Positions 63,708-64,000 of a DNA stretch of 64,000 nucleotides are shown here, piece after piece. Both the position numbers and the translations under genes were made by a program. Origin of the DNA: Escherichia coli. GTDB taxonomy: Bacteria > Pseudomonadota > Gammaproteobacteria > Enterobacterales > Enterobacteriaceae. The notes beneath the pieces are model-generated. The model was not told the DNA's origin, searched no databases, and worked only from the letters and a program-made list of their open reading frames with translations. The DNA lies in NCBI RefSeq assembly GCF_036507355.1, contig NZ_AP027877.1. The stretch is one strand, 5' to 3'. Numbering within the stretch: the stretch's first letter is position 1; each line of letters begins with the position of its first letter.

Positions 63708-63745
63708 AAAAAAGTAAAAAAAACCTGCCGAAAGCAGGTTTCTGT
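63708..63745 (-). terminator. Rho-independent terminator for the partial minus-strand gene at the window end
   Basis: Hairpin AACCTGC-CGAAA-GCAGGTT; on the minus strand it is followed by a T-rich run (plus-strand AAAAAACAAAAAAGTAAAAAAA). Confidence 0.55.
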
Positions 63746-63776
63746 TCACCGGATGGAGGTATAACGCGTCGGGATT

Positions 63777-64000
63777 ACTTTCCGCGCCATTCCTTTTCCA
63801 CTTTATCCGCAAAAGCATCGCACTGCCGGGCATATTCCGGGTTATAGAGCAGCTCCGACTGCGAAAGCTGCATGGCGGTCATGCTGCCGTTACGGGCATT
63901 TGATTCGAGCCAGGTTCTGCCATAGGTTTTGTTCATCACCTGAAGTACCCGGTTGAATACCGGTCCGTTGAAGCGGGCATTGAGATTAACGCCTTTTACC
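63777..64000 (-). CDS. Partial CDS (C-terminal 74 codons), unknown product; gene continues beyond window end
   Basis: Open minus-strand frame ending ...VLQVMNKTYGRTWLESNARNGSMTAMQLSQSELLYNPEYARQCDAFADKVEKEWRGK then TAA at 63777-63779, followed by the terminator. Confidence 0.55.

Noticed and set aside
63642-63833. 63-aa minus-strand ORF
   Set aside because: Spans the terminator hairpin and overlaps the stop of the partial upstream gene; no coding signal.

Overview
This window is an Escherichia coli chromosomal segment. The core gene order is qseC(partial)-qseB / ygiW-ygiV-ygiS-parC-plsC-ftsP-ygiQ / yqhH-yqhG-dkgA-yqhD / yqhC / yghB-metC / exbBD / yghA / yqhA / gpr / yghX-yghW-hybOABCDEFG / yghU / gss-pitB / yghT / yghSRQ ... 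yghO / glcC / glcDEFGBA. Gene names were assigned by recognising the translated ORFs; no search was run. Start codons were chosen by checking the nucleotide sequence, and the supplied ORF track reports M for GTG/TTG starts. All comparisons to K-12 are from memory. Two accessory loci stand out. (1) About 13 kb between pitB and glcC (35385-48354) carries three paralogous P-loop kinase-like genes, a flippase-like membrane protein, a YtfJ-like periplasmic protein, an LptF/LptG-like permease pair, a translationally coupled operon (fatty acyl-AMP ligase / acyl-ACP synthetase, NAD-dependent epimerase-family reductase, acyl carrier protein, serine-palmitoyltransferase-like alpha-oxoamine synthase) and a divergent YghO-family putative N-acyltransferase. 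This is the enzyme set for a sphingoid-base or ceramide-like, or other alpha-amino-ketone-derived, lipid plus a possible export apparatus; it is my best candidate for the undescribed system. (2) Beyond glcA (58114-63633) an IS3-family element with no target-site duplication abuts a truncated type I hsdM remnant, then a DUF262/DUF1524 (GmrSD-like) nuclease, a small unknown ORF, a WYL-domain regulator and a YaaW-like protein, which looks like an eroded defence island. Other departures from K-12 as I remember it: no mqsRA toxin-antitoxin between ygiV and ygiS, and an intact yghX. No tRNA, rRNA or CRISPR array was seen.
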